Shown here piece after piece: positions 1 to 8,793 of a stretch of DNA of 36,558 nt. The stretch is from a virus (taxonomy: Duplodnaviria > Heunggongvirae > Uroviricota > Caudoviricetes): IMG/VR virus record IMGVR_UViG_2778261416_000006, positions 1 to 36,558 of that record, one strand, 5' to 3'. Under the pieces are notes generated by a model. That model ran no database searches, had not been told where the DNA came from, and saw nothing but the letters and a program-made list of their open reading frames with translations. A program made the position numbers and the translations under genes. Position 1 is the first letter of the stretch; every line of letters begins with the position of its first letter.

Positions 1-273
1 TCATAAGAGATGTATCAATCTTGCGAGACTCTCACGGATTTTATCGCCGTCATAAATAGCAATCTCTTCAATATTGTTACCAATGAAAGTTTCAGCTGCC
101 TGGATGGCTATCAGTTCAGACATACCAACGTTATCAGCCAGCTGGCGTGCTGCAATGACCTTGCTTTCAAGAGTTAGGATGACCGGCCTGTAGCCTGCGC
201 GTTTGATTTTGATACAGTGTGAAATCAATTTCTCCATAGGTGCGGTGGTCACTTGGAATGCAGTCGTACCCAC
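1..273 (-). CDS. hypothetical small protein (90 aa), function unknown
   Basis: Complete ORF in track with stop codon at 1-3 (tca on + strand). No recognisable motif. Upstream region 274-1100 has no ORF of 60 aa or more, so this may be the surviving end of a decayed gene. Confidence 0.3.
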   Translation of the reverse strand: MGTTAFQVTTAPMEKLISHCIKIKRAGYRPVILTLESKVIAARQLADNVGMSELIAIQAAETFIGNNIEEIAIYDGDKIRESLARLIHLL

Positions 274-1112
274 CTGAAAGGCCCCTTCACGGTCAATGTG
301 TGGATCATTAGCATTGGCCCTGCGACTACTGATTTTAACATCTAGGGAAACGTAGCTGATGTTTGGCTTCGATAAGATTCTGTAGCACCGCCTCAGTGGG
401 GTTGTCAGAACATTCCGCTGCCGCCTTAAGAATATCGCTTACTAGAGATGAAACTGGTTGATTGTAATCCCGGTCGACCGTTACTCTATGTTTATCCGGA
501 TAATTTTGGCGTACACATTAAGTGAAGAAAACTTCAAAGTGATTTGAAACAGATGTTGTATTCACTGGCTCATTTACATTAACTTGAGTGTTGTTCAGCA
601 CATGTTGAAACGCAGCTGTAAGGAAGATGATACAGCCAAGATGTATCCTTCATTATGGGGATTGGCGCGATGACCACCACGGCTTAGCCCGATTGATTAT
701 TTGGAAATTGATTAGAATGCATAATCTGGGCTGAGCTCACTTAAAGTCTCTAATGTTTGACTTGGAGATTTGGGGGGCAGTGGCTTTCAGTTTTGTTAAC
801 TCTAACATCTGGTTTACGTTCCTTTTGGAACAAGAAGCAGAGGTCTGCTAAGTAATGGTTGTACTGCTTGTGATAGGTATGACTGCATGTTCAGCGAGCA
901 AGAATGGCTTAAAAGTTCTGTTACTGAGCACCCCATGAAGTTAGAACGATGTCATAACGTGCACGTAACCGTTGAACTGTTCTCTTACAGATAATCTCTA
1001 CATAGCTATTATTGCTTAGGCGGTAGCTATGTAGATGGTTTTTGTAATATTATATTAAAAGTTCATACAGCGACTATAGCATCATTGCGAAAAATATCAG
1101 GAGGTGAGTTTA

Positions 1113-2567
1113 ATGTTACGAAAAAGCAAACTTACAGAGATATATAAAAGGTTTGGTTTTACTGAAGAAAATACAGGTAACGAAAGTATTGCTGTATATT
1201 CTATTAAAACAGGGCACTACCATAACGCGGACATACTTCCACTAAATAATGAGGTTAATGTAAATCAAACCTTTGAAGAATATAGGCAGTTAGGTTATGC
1301 ATGTCAAATTAAAAAATATCAGTCTTATGAAGAAGCACATAAGGAATTATTTAATGGCTTCTTTAGCGTCGATTCAACTAAAGAAAGGTTGATTAAAGAT
1401 TATAATACTTTCACAGATTCAATTGTAAAAATTCACTCACCTACTGCAACTTATTCCTACATAAATTCAAAATATTACTTAAATGGTGTTATTGGCGAAG
1501 CTAATGTTGTTACGGAAATATTAGAGAGAATACAACATAGGCGTCCAATTCTGTTTTTGATTGAGGCTGCAGCCGGTTTTGGAAAGACTTGCACGGCGTA
1601 TGAATTATTGAGGGAGATTATAGTTAACAATATAGGGAAAATACCATTATTTTCAGAACTATCAAGGAATAGGCAAGCAAAAATATTCAGGTATGTACTA
1701 TTAGATGAAATTGATAGAAGTTTTCCTTTGTTAAGCTCAGCCTTAGTAAGGAATGAAATAAGAGCAGGAAATGTACCAGTTATACTTGACGGGTTTGATG
1801 AACTATTGCATGAAAGTACAAACGGAATTGAAAATAATTATGAAAAAACAGAGCCAATGCTGGAAATAATAAGTGAGCTTCTAACTGATAGTGCAAAAGT
1901 GGTTTTGACAACTCGAAGAACAGCTATATTTGACGGAGATGAATTCCATCAGTGGATAGCATCACATCAAGAAGATTTTGATGTGATAAGAATAAGAATT
2001 CATGAACCACAAATTGAAGACTGGCTTCCAGGTCAACGTTTAGATGAAATTTCATCGACAGGATTTCCTCTTAACAAATTATCAAACCCTGTACTGCTAT
2101 CATTTCTAAGATGCATCGACGACACCGACTTTAATAAAGTTATAAGCGACCCAACAACTATAGTGAGGAAGTATTTTGATTCAATGCTTGAGCGAGAAAG
2201 AAAAAGACAAGATTTATTAATGTCTATTGAAGATCAATATACTATACTAAAAATAATAGCTGACGACATGGTCGAGGGTAACTACACATCTGAGTCTAGA
2301 GAGTATATATCGTTAGTCATAACTGAAAAGAATCAACAACTCTTGGAGGCTACAAGAAAGCTTTATACTGTAGATGAAAGACCAACTACTGACGAATTAG
2401 TTAATAAATTAGCATCGCATGCTCTATTAGATCGGTCAGGCTCAGAAAACCAAGGTATTGGATTTGTTAATGAATTTGTTCTTGGTAATTTTGTTTCTGA
2501 AAATATTATTAATGATAAGTCAAATGAATGGATTGGTGATAAACGTTTTATAGAACCAGCAGTGTAA
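1113..2567 (+). CDS. NACHT-type STAND P-loop NTPase
   Basis: Walker A-like AAAGFGKT, Walker B VPVILDGFDELL (hhhhDGxDE) about 70 aa later, then VVLTTRR matching the NACHT hhhT[ST]R motif. AGGAGG at 1098-1103 precedes ATG 1113; track start 1104 is a GTG. AT-rich codon usage. Confidence 0.65.
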   Translation: MLRKSKLTEIYKRFGFTEENTGNESIAVYSIKTGHYHNADILPLNNEVNVNQTFEEYRQLGYACQIKKYQSYEEAHKELFNGFFSVDSTKERLIKDYNTFTDSIVKIHSPTATYSYINSKYYLNGVIGEANVVTEILERIQHRRPILFLIEAAAGFGKTCTAYELLREIIVNNIGKIPLFSELSRNRQAKIFRYVLLDEIDRSFPLLSSALVRNEIRAGNVPVILDGFDELLHESTNGIENNYEKTEPMLEIISELLTDSAKVVLTTRRTAIFDGDEFHQWIASHQEDFDVIRIRIHEPQIEDWLPGQRLDEISSTGFPLNKLSNPVLLSFLRCIDDTDFNKVISDPTTIVRKYFDSMLERERKRQDLLMSIEDQYTILKIIADDMVEGNYTSESREYISLVITEKNQQLLEATRKLYTVDERPTTDELVNKLASHALLDRSGSENQGIGFVNEFVLGNFVSENIINDKSNEWIGDKRFIEPAV

Positions 2568-2573
2568 TCTTAT

Positions 2574-3218
2574 ATGCCGAGGATCGATGATGAAAAAGAA
2601 TTACTTTGGCATAGCTTAGAGTTTGCTTTATATTTTATGTCAGGTAATGATAAAATCCTTTATAGTCATTTGCTTATAGGAAAAGTTCCATTAGATTTAA
2701 AAAATGATAGTGTTGAGCAATTGTCTATATCAAAACTTTCTTTAGGCGATATAAATATAATACATGATACTATCTTTGTTGATTGTTCGTTTTTTAGCAG
2801 CATATTTACCTGTGGTAATTATAAAAACGTTACATTCGTGAACTGTTCTTTTATAGATTGTAGTTTTAACGAATTAAGTGGTAGGGAAGATATTTATTTT
2901 TTGGGATGTGAATGTGACAATGATGCTATTAATAAAAAATCTGTCGAGATAAACAGTGAAAATGATCACGATATTACAGATTGTGATATTTACATCTTAG
3001 AGAAGTTCTGTCCCAGAGGGAGTGTTAGCTATCATAAGCATCGGCCTATAAAAGGCTTATGTTCTAACAACAATCAATTTCAGTTAAGTGAAATACTCCA
3101 TTCTTTAGATAAATTGAGGAAAGACGGTCTTTTACTTACGCCAGACAAGCGTTCGTTCCTTGAACTTAACATGGCAAGAATATCAGAGATTAAAGCAATT
3201 CTTGGGAGGAATTTCTGA
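2574..3218 (+). CDS. pentapeptide-repeat-like protein
   Basis: Seven consecutive 5-residue units with an aromatic at the same position (FVDCS FFSSI FTCGN YKNVT FVNCS FIDCS FNELS). Starts 7 nt after upstream stop; its stop overlaps the next start (TGATG at 3216-3220). Confidence 0.55.
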   Translation: MPRIDDEKELLWHSLEFALYFMSGNDKILYSHLLIGKVPLDLKNDSVEQLSISKLSLGDINIIHDTIFVDCSFFSSIFTCGNYKNVTFVNCSFIDCSFNELSGREDIYFLGCECDNDAINKKSVEINSENDHDITDCDIYILEKFCPRGSVSYHKHRPIKGLCSNNNQFQLSEILHSLDKLRKDGLLLTPDKRSFLELNMARISEIKAILGRNF

Positions 3219-4123
3219 TGTATAACGGGAATGAATTGCGAATTATTCAAAGTTTGCAAAAAGATATAGAAGATGAACTTAATCGTATTGGATTACTTTA
3301 TCGTTTTTTTTCGAGGACAAAATCAGAAAGCTCAATAATTAAGAAATATGAAAAAGAGCCTAATAAATACTCAGAGGATGGTAAAAAAATTCAAGACTTA
3401 TTTGGGGTTAGGATAATATTATATTTTCCTGATGATTTATTTATTGCTCAAAAAACACTGGAGAAATTATTCGAAATTGAATCTAAAACCGTAGACGAAA
3501 CCACGGCTAATCTCTTTGCGGCAACTCGATGCAATTACGTCTTTAAGTTACCAGAAGTATTATCAAATGATAGTGTCTTATTAAAGAAATATTCTTATAT
3601 TGATACTACTTTTGAAGTCCAATTTAGAACTATTTTATCTGAAGGATGGCATGAAGTTGAGCATGATCTACGCTATAAGTGCAAAGAGGATTGGGTTGAG
3701 CATAATGACCTTAGTCGCGCGCTGAATGGAATTTACGCCTCTTTGGAAACATCTGATTGGGGAATAATGAAGTTATTTGAGGATTTAGCATATAGAAATT
3801 ATAAGTCAAGCGCATGGTCCGCTATGCTAAGAAATAAATTAAGATTGAGAATGGACGATAAGCTTGATGAAAAGATAATTTCAATAATTAATGAGAAAGA
3901 GCTTGGTAAAAAGTTTTATAGAATTGACAGAGATCGTTTGTTATCGTTAATGTTAGATTATAATATTGATATACCAATTAATCTTAATAATATAATTTAC
4001 CTTTGTAATTATTTTTTCATAAAATCTACGGAGCTTCAGGATATAGCCCCTGCTTTAATAATGAAAAAGCTTACAGATGCTGATGAAAAATTCAATAAAA
4101 ATACTATTTTAGCATCTAAATAA
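3218..4123 (+). CDS. RelA/SpoT-like nucleotidyltransferase (synthetase fold), possible toxSAS-type effector
   Basis: N-terminal motifs typical of RelA/SpoT synthetase domain: SRTKSESSIIKKYEK (RxKxxxSxxxK), DLFGVRIILYFPDD (DxxGxRii), EVQFRTILSEGWHEVEHDLRYK (ExQxRT...W...H...YK). C-terminal 130 aa unassigned. Translationally coupled to upstream gene. Confidence 0.65.
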   Translation: MYNGNELRIIQSLQKDIEDELNRIGLLYRFFSRTKSESSIIKKYEKEPNKYSEDGKKIQDLFGVRIILYFPDDLFIAQKTLEKLFEIESKTVDETTANLFAATRCNYVFKLPEVLSNDSVLLKKYSYIDTTFEVQFRTILSEGWHEVEHDLRYKCKEDWVEHNDLSRALNGIYASLETSDWGIMKLFEDLAYRNYKSSAWSAMLRNKLRLRMDDKLDEKIISIINEKELGKKFYRIDRDRLLSLMLDYNIDIPINLNNIIYLCNYFFIKSTELQDIAPALIMKKLTDADEKFNKNTILASK

Positions 4124-4140
4124 TAACTATCTCCGGCTAT

Positions 4141-4170
4141 TAAGTAGGCCTTGTATTTTAGGCCTACTTA
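4141..4170. terminator. perfect 10-bp inverted repeat (taagtaggcc / ggcctactta) with 10-nt loop, putative operon terminator
   Basis: Read directly; lies 18 nt after the stop of the RelA/SpoT-like gene. No clean T-tract follows, so it could be a protein-binding palindrome instead. Confidence 0.35.
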
Positions 4171-5175
4171 AAAAGTTTCATTATGTGAAGTGATGATGAT
4201 AGCAAATCTGATATCTTTATGGTTGGATGCGAGAAAATATTTTTATCCCGACACAACAACTGGTAATGATAGAAAATTTAAACCCAAAAATGCTACAGTA
4301 GCCTCAGCTCACAAACGGAGTATAAAGTGGCGGTTACTCTTTAGTGGGAATACTGTAGATAGTTGATAAACTGGGCTGGATTTTCTTTTCTAACCGAAGG
4401 GAAGAAAAGCAAGGGGAACCCAAAGAAACAAGCGCAGCGGCTTCGTAGGGTTAGCCCTTGCTTCTTTTATAATTGGCATTATTCATTCAAGAACAATAGG
4501 ATCTTCGCTTGTACAAGCGAAGCTATAATAAAAAATCAATTAATTATTTTAAAAGTATTAAGCAAGAGCCTATTGACATTCGTAAAATAAAAGTTATTTT
4601 TAATGTATGCCATAAATAAAAAGTTTTATGTCATATGTATCCTGCACTATGTGCAGTTAATGTGCCACTTGTCCCATATATGGGAATATTGGAAAGGTTA
4701 CTTTGTTTTGAAGTAGCCTTTCGTCCTTCAATATTCACGATTACTTATTGCTATTACCAAGTCCAGTCGAATCGAAGAACATCTTTTATCTGAAACGACT
4801 CCTAATACCAGGTTGAAGCCACAATATCTCTCGCATAAGTAGACCAAAGAAAAATTATGATATTAACTATGTGATTTTTTTTAGTGTTAAGTTGAATAAT
4901 TATATACTGGAGAGTTTTCTGTACACTACCAATTGCTGGTTCATCTGTTCTGCCGCTGATGTTTCTGACTAATCTCCCGGTGACACAGAACTGTCCCTCT
5001 CTACCAGCCTTTATTCGACTCAATGTCCGGCTGCTGATACGCAGTTATCCCTTCGTATCAATGACTGACTCTTAAACGCAATGCTTTGGTTGCTGGCGTA
5101 TCTGACAGCTTCTTCGGCGTGAAGGTCGTTGTGTAAGTATACTTCTTGGTTTATTTAGGCTATATAAAACCATGA

Positions 5176-6072
5176 CTATGACTGGCTGTTTTCAGTAAGA
5201 GTCTTATCATCCAAAGAATTTATTCTAGAAATTCTTTTTAACTCATTAAGATAATCAACCTCGTTTTCTAAGAACCAATGAAGAACTTTAGAGTTGCCAA
5301 GTAATTTATTAATATATGACTGGATTATAACGAATTTCAACATATCTGAACCATACTCGGTTTGAAGTTTTTTCGTTTCTTCCGAAGTTGTTGCCATTTC
5401 TTGTTCCAGACGAAGTATGGTTTTTTTTATGTCCTTTTTATAGGGAGTGTTTTTCCCTTTATTTACTATCATCGATGACGGTGTTGCATCCAAGATGCTC
5501 ATTGCAAATTTTTTACTATAATTATCAAAATTAATCATTGTACCGACTGCTTCAATTTGACGAATTGGCTTCATTTTCCTCAAAACGTCAAATGTAGCCT
5601 TAGGTATAGGTTTATCAGAAAGTTTCGCAATTACACTTGGATCTATGCCGTTCATCACATTAGCTTTATCTTTTATGGCATCAACAGATATGCCCAAAGC
5701 AGCACTAAGTTTTTCAATTGATACTTTTGCCAGAGACTTAATTATCATTCTATGTTCTTCAACTACATTTATATGATTCACTTGTTTGTTAGGAGTGAAA
5801 GCATCATCTATGCTCGAAAGTATACATGGAGCTTTTTCTATATCTAAGTCTTTTAAAGCCTCAACCCTTAAATGGCCATCAAGTATCTTAGTGACATCTT
5901 TATCTTTGTCATAGAATACTATTATTGGTTCAATAATACCCAAGCTTTCGATAGAGGTAACTATTTGATGATATTTATGGCTTCGCTTTACGTTTTCTAA
6001 TAATTCCTTAGATGGAATTAACTTATTAGTTTCCAGGTAAATAAAATTTTTGCCAAAACGTATCTGAATCAT
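5176..6072 (-). CDS. ParB/sulfiredoxin-fold protein
   Basis: N-terminal ParB-like region with ILDGHLRVEAL (GxxRxxA-type box). ATG at 6072-6070; 4-nt overlap with upstream gene. AT-rich. Confidence 0.55.
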   Translation of the reverse strand: MIQIRFGKNFIYLETNKLIPSKELLENVKRSHKYHQIVTSIESLGIIEPIIVFYDKDKDVTKILDGHLRVEALKDLDIEKAPCILSSIDDAFTPNKQVNHINVVEEHRMIIKSLAKVSIEKLSAALGISVDAIKDKANVMNGIDPSVIAKLSDKPIPKATFDVLRKMKPIRQIEAVGTMINFDNYSKKFAMSILDATPSSMIVNKGKNTPYKKDIKKTILRLEQEMATTSEETKKLQTEYGSDMLKFVIIQSYINKLLGNSKVLHWFLENEVDYLNELKRISRINSLDDKTLTENSQS

Positions 6073-6965
6073 TTTGATACCTCTTTGTTTACTGGGTTTA
6101 ATATCTGAGATGGTAGTTCTGAAAGATTCTCTTGTTCAAGTATATTTTGAAAGCTTTTATTCATCATTATGATGTTAAAAATCTCATTTATTATTAGTAG
6201 ATTGGTTTTTATAAATTTCGAGTTGTTATAAACAGATTTATGTTCAGCGATACTATTTTCATAAAGCTCAATCAACTCCTCTGCAGTCATCCTTTTTGAT
6301 GGTTTGTGATAATAAAATCCGGCTGCTTTTGCACCTTTATTCCCAACTGTTCTTTGATTTAGAATGTATTTTATCTTTATAATGTCCCGACTTTTTATTA
6401 ATTTTTTATCATATGCTTCGGTAAGAATATCTTGTGCTTCCTCAGTTTCACATCTTGCAAATTGCACTGCGAGATACAGAGGCAAATTACCCCGTTCGAC
6501 TGCTGAGAGAAGTTTATGCTCTCCCTTATCAAGAAGCATATTAATACTGCTCACCCAGTTCGATGAATATCCAGTAATCTCACTTATTTCGGAGTCTGAA
6601 AGTCCTCTGATTTTCATGTCTTTAATCACCTGTAATAACTCATTAGAACGTGGTCTTCTCCTTGCAATGTTTTCAACTAAACTCATAACGTAAGCATCTT
6701 CTTCTGATACATCTCTTATAATTGCTGGAATAATAGTTTCACCTAATGCAACAAGAGCCTCTATTCTCCCTTGACCACAAATTAAAGCATATTTGAAATC
6801 GTCTTCATCAATAGCTCTTACGCTTATAGGCTTGCTTAATCCTCTTTTTTTTATGCTTTCCTTTATTTCTTCATGCACTACCTTATTTCTTGTTCGTGGG
6901 TTAAGAAATTTTATTTTTGCAATCTCAATTTGAATTATTGGGAATTCATTTTTTTCAGGCAGCAT
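6069..6965 (-). CDS. ParB-like protein with HTH
   Basis: ParB box-like CGQGRIEAL and LVENIARRRPR, followed by helix-turn-helix-like GLSDSEISEITGYSSNWVSSI. ATG at 6965-6963; overlaps recombinase gene end. Confidence 0.6.
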   Translation of the reverse strand: MLPEKNEFPIIQIEIAKIKFLNPRTRNKVVHEEIKESIKKRGLSKPISVRAIDEDDFKYALICGQGRIEALVALGETIIPAIIRDVSEEDAYVMSLVENIARRRPRSNELLQVIKDMKIRGLSDSEISEITGYSSNWVSSINMLLDKGEHKLLSAVERGNLPLYLAVQFARCETEEAQDILTEAYDKKLIKSRDIIKIKYILNQRTVGNKGAKAAGFYYHKPSKRMTAEELIELYENSIAEHKSVYNNSKFIKTNLLIINEIFNIIMMNKSFQNILEQENLSELPSQILNPVNKEVSK

Positions 6966-8511
6966 ATAGTTCCCTCACTTTCATGCGAGTAATAATTTGT
7001 AGAAATTTATCAAGATTATCAAATCTATAGAGATCTAACCGAATGTTGTTTGTTTCCATCATACACATTTTACTATATTCGTTTTCAATCTTTGGTATGA
7101 TATAAAAATCAAGAGGTGAAATATTTTGTGAATTCATTCGTATAACAATTGTTATGTCTGCTTTCTGTGAGTTATCAAACCGGACTTTCCATCTAAGTTT
7201 ACCTGATTTCATATGTATGCATTTAGTAACAAGGACGGAAATTAAAAACTCATCATTGATGTAAAGCATTGGGTAATATTTATACTCGTCTATATGACAG
7301 TTACTTTTTAATATTTCGCCCTTAAAATCCTCAATTATCTCTGAGTAAAATGATCTTAGTGCTTCATTTATTTGGAGATAGCTGTAATCATGTTCTGGCT
7401 TATAACCAATCAAAGTATATGCTCTTAAAAGACCACCAAATCGGGTTCTATAAACAGAAGATGAAGGGCCTGTATCATCTTCATCAATGATAAAGCCTGA
7501 TAGTTTTCCATTAGATTCTAATTTTTCTTTTAGCTTTTCTAATAGATCTTCATTAGTCAAATGAATGGATCGGAGCTGAATTATTTCTTGAGCTTTATTA
7601 TATTTTTTCTTTGAAATAATTGGTTTATATGCCTTGTCACATCTAATCCATTCATGTTTGGGGTTTTTTACAAGCTTACTTTTTAGTTTAGATGAGGTTT
7701 TGTTATATATGTTGTTTCCAATATATTTTTCATTTGTCAAAATTTGATGTATTTTTGCACGAGTCCATGATGTTCCATTTTCTGCAGGTATGCTCTGTTC
7801 ATTTAATCTCTCAGCAATAATGAATTCTGGGACGTTACTATCTATAAAGAGATCATAGATTCTATTTACAATTTTTATTTCATTTTTTGGTCCCGGAATT
7901 AATATTACCCTATCTGTTTGAATACTCTTTCTTTTGCGGAAATTCAATATTTCTTTAGCTATGCCATTTTCGTCTACTAAAAGACGTCTCAGCCCATAAC
8001 CAGCCATACCGCCTTGATGATAACCAAGCTTTATTAAATTTACTTGCCCTATAAATACCTTTTCAGATAGATTCCTGCTGTGATATGCAGCACTTGATCT
8101 TTTTATATTCAGTATAACAGAGGACTCTAAAGGGAAATCTTTAGTGGGTATAGGTTCGGAACAATATATAAGATCTACACCATTTCTTTCAAATAGAAAG
8201 GAATAATATGCAGCTTCATCACTATTTTGAAAACGACCAAAACGGCTCACATCATAAAATAATACAGCCTGTATATCTATTTTCTTTTGTTCTACATCGC
8301 TAAGTAACTGCTGCAAAGAATGCCTGCCTACGATACTGACTCCGCTCTTACCTGCATCATCGTAGGTATAAGCGATTTCCATATTGTTCTTTTCAGCATA
8401 ATCTTTGATATATTCAGACTGATTATGTAAAGAATATTGCTGATGGTCGGTAGACATCCTCAAGTACTGTGCGACCCTAACTCTATGATTTTTTTCATTT
8501 CCGCTAGCCAT
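6955..8511 (-). CDS. large serine recombinase
   Basis: N-terminal resolvase/invertase catalytic motifs: VAQYLRMSTDHQ (catalytic Ser), YDDAGKSG, LFYDVSRFGR. Length 518 aa fits the large serine recombinase class. Track start 8517 is TTG; ATG at 8511 is preceded by GAGG. Confidence 0.75.
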   Translation of the reverse strand: MASGNEKNHRVRVAQYLRMSTDHQQYSLHNQSEYIKDYAEKNNMEIAYTYDDAGKSGVSIVGRHSLQQLLSDVEQKKIDIQAVLFYDVSRFGRFQNSDEAAYYSFLFERNGVDLIYCSEPIPTKDFPLESSVILNIKRSSAAYHSRNLSEKVFIGQVNLIKLGYHQGGMAGYGLRRLLVDENGIAKEILNFRKRKSIQTDRVILIPGPKNEIKIVNRIYDLFIDSNVPEFIIAERLNEQSIPAENGTSWTRAKIHQILTNEKYIGNNIYNKTSSKLKSKLVKNPKHEWIRCDKAYKPIISKKKYNKAQEIIQLRSIHLTNEDLLEKLKEKLESNGKLSGFIIDEDDTGPSSSVYRTRFGGLLRAYTLIGYKPEHDYSYLQINEALRSFYSEIIEDFKGEILKSNCHIDEYKYYPMLYINDEFLISVLVTKCIHMKSGKLRWKVRFDNSQKADITIVIRMNSQNISPLDFYIIPKIENEYSKMCMMETNNIRLDLYRFDNLDKFLQIITRMKVRELYAA

Positions 8512-8793
8512 GCACAAAACCTCATGGATGATTCAATACAATGTAGAGGATAAAATTGATCAAATTTTAACCGAATTCAACTGTTTTATCATTGATTAGA
8601 GCGAATTTGGTAGTTCTTCGAGGTGTATGATAATCGAGAAGAGATGTGAATTATTTAGCTGATATGACCGACAGCTTTCGTTATGTGGCCTCAAGGTACC
8701 CATTTGTAAATGGCTATGCTTAGTCCACATAGGTTAATGGTGTGATCATTAATTCTTCAAATAAATCAAGATAGTTAACCCATCATGGAAGAG

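Noticed and set aside
4363-5023. Two small ORFs (75 and 73 aa) in the spacer
   Set aside because: No RBS, odd composition, within an ORF-poor palindrome-rich spacer.
6364-6693. 109-aa ORF on the + strand
   Set aside because: Lies entirely antisense within the ParB-like gene, with low-complexity composition; considered spurious.
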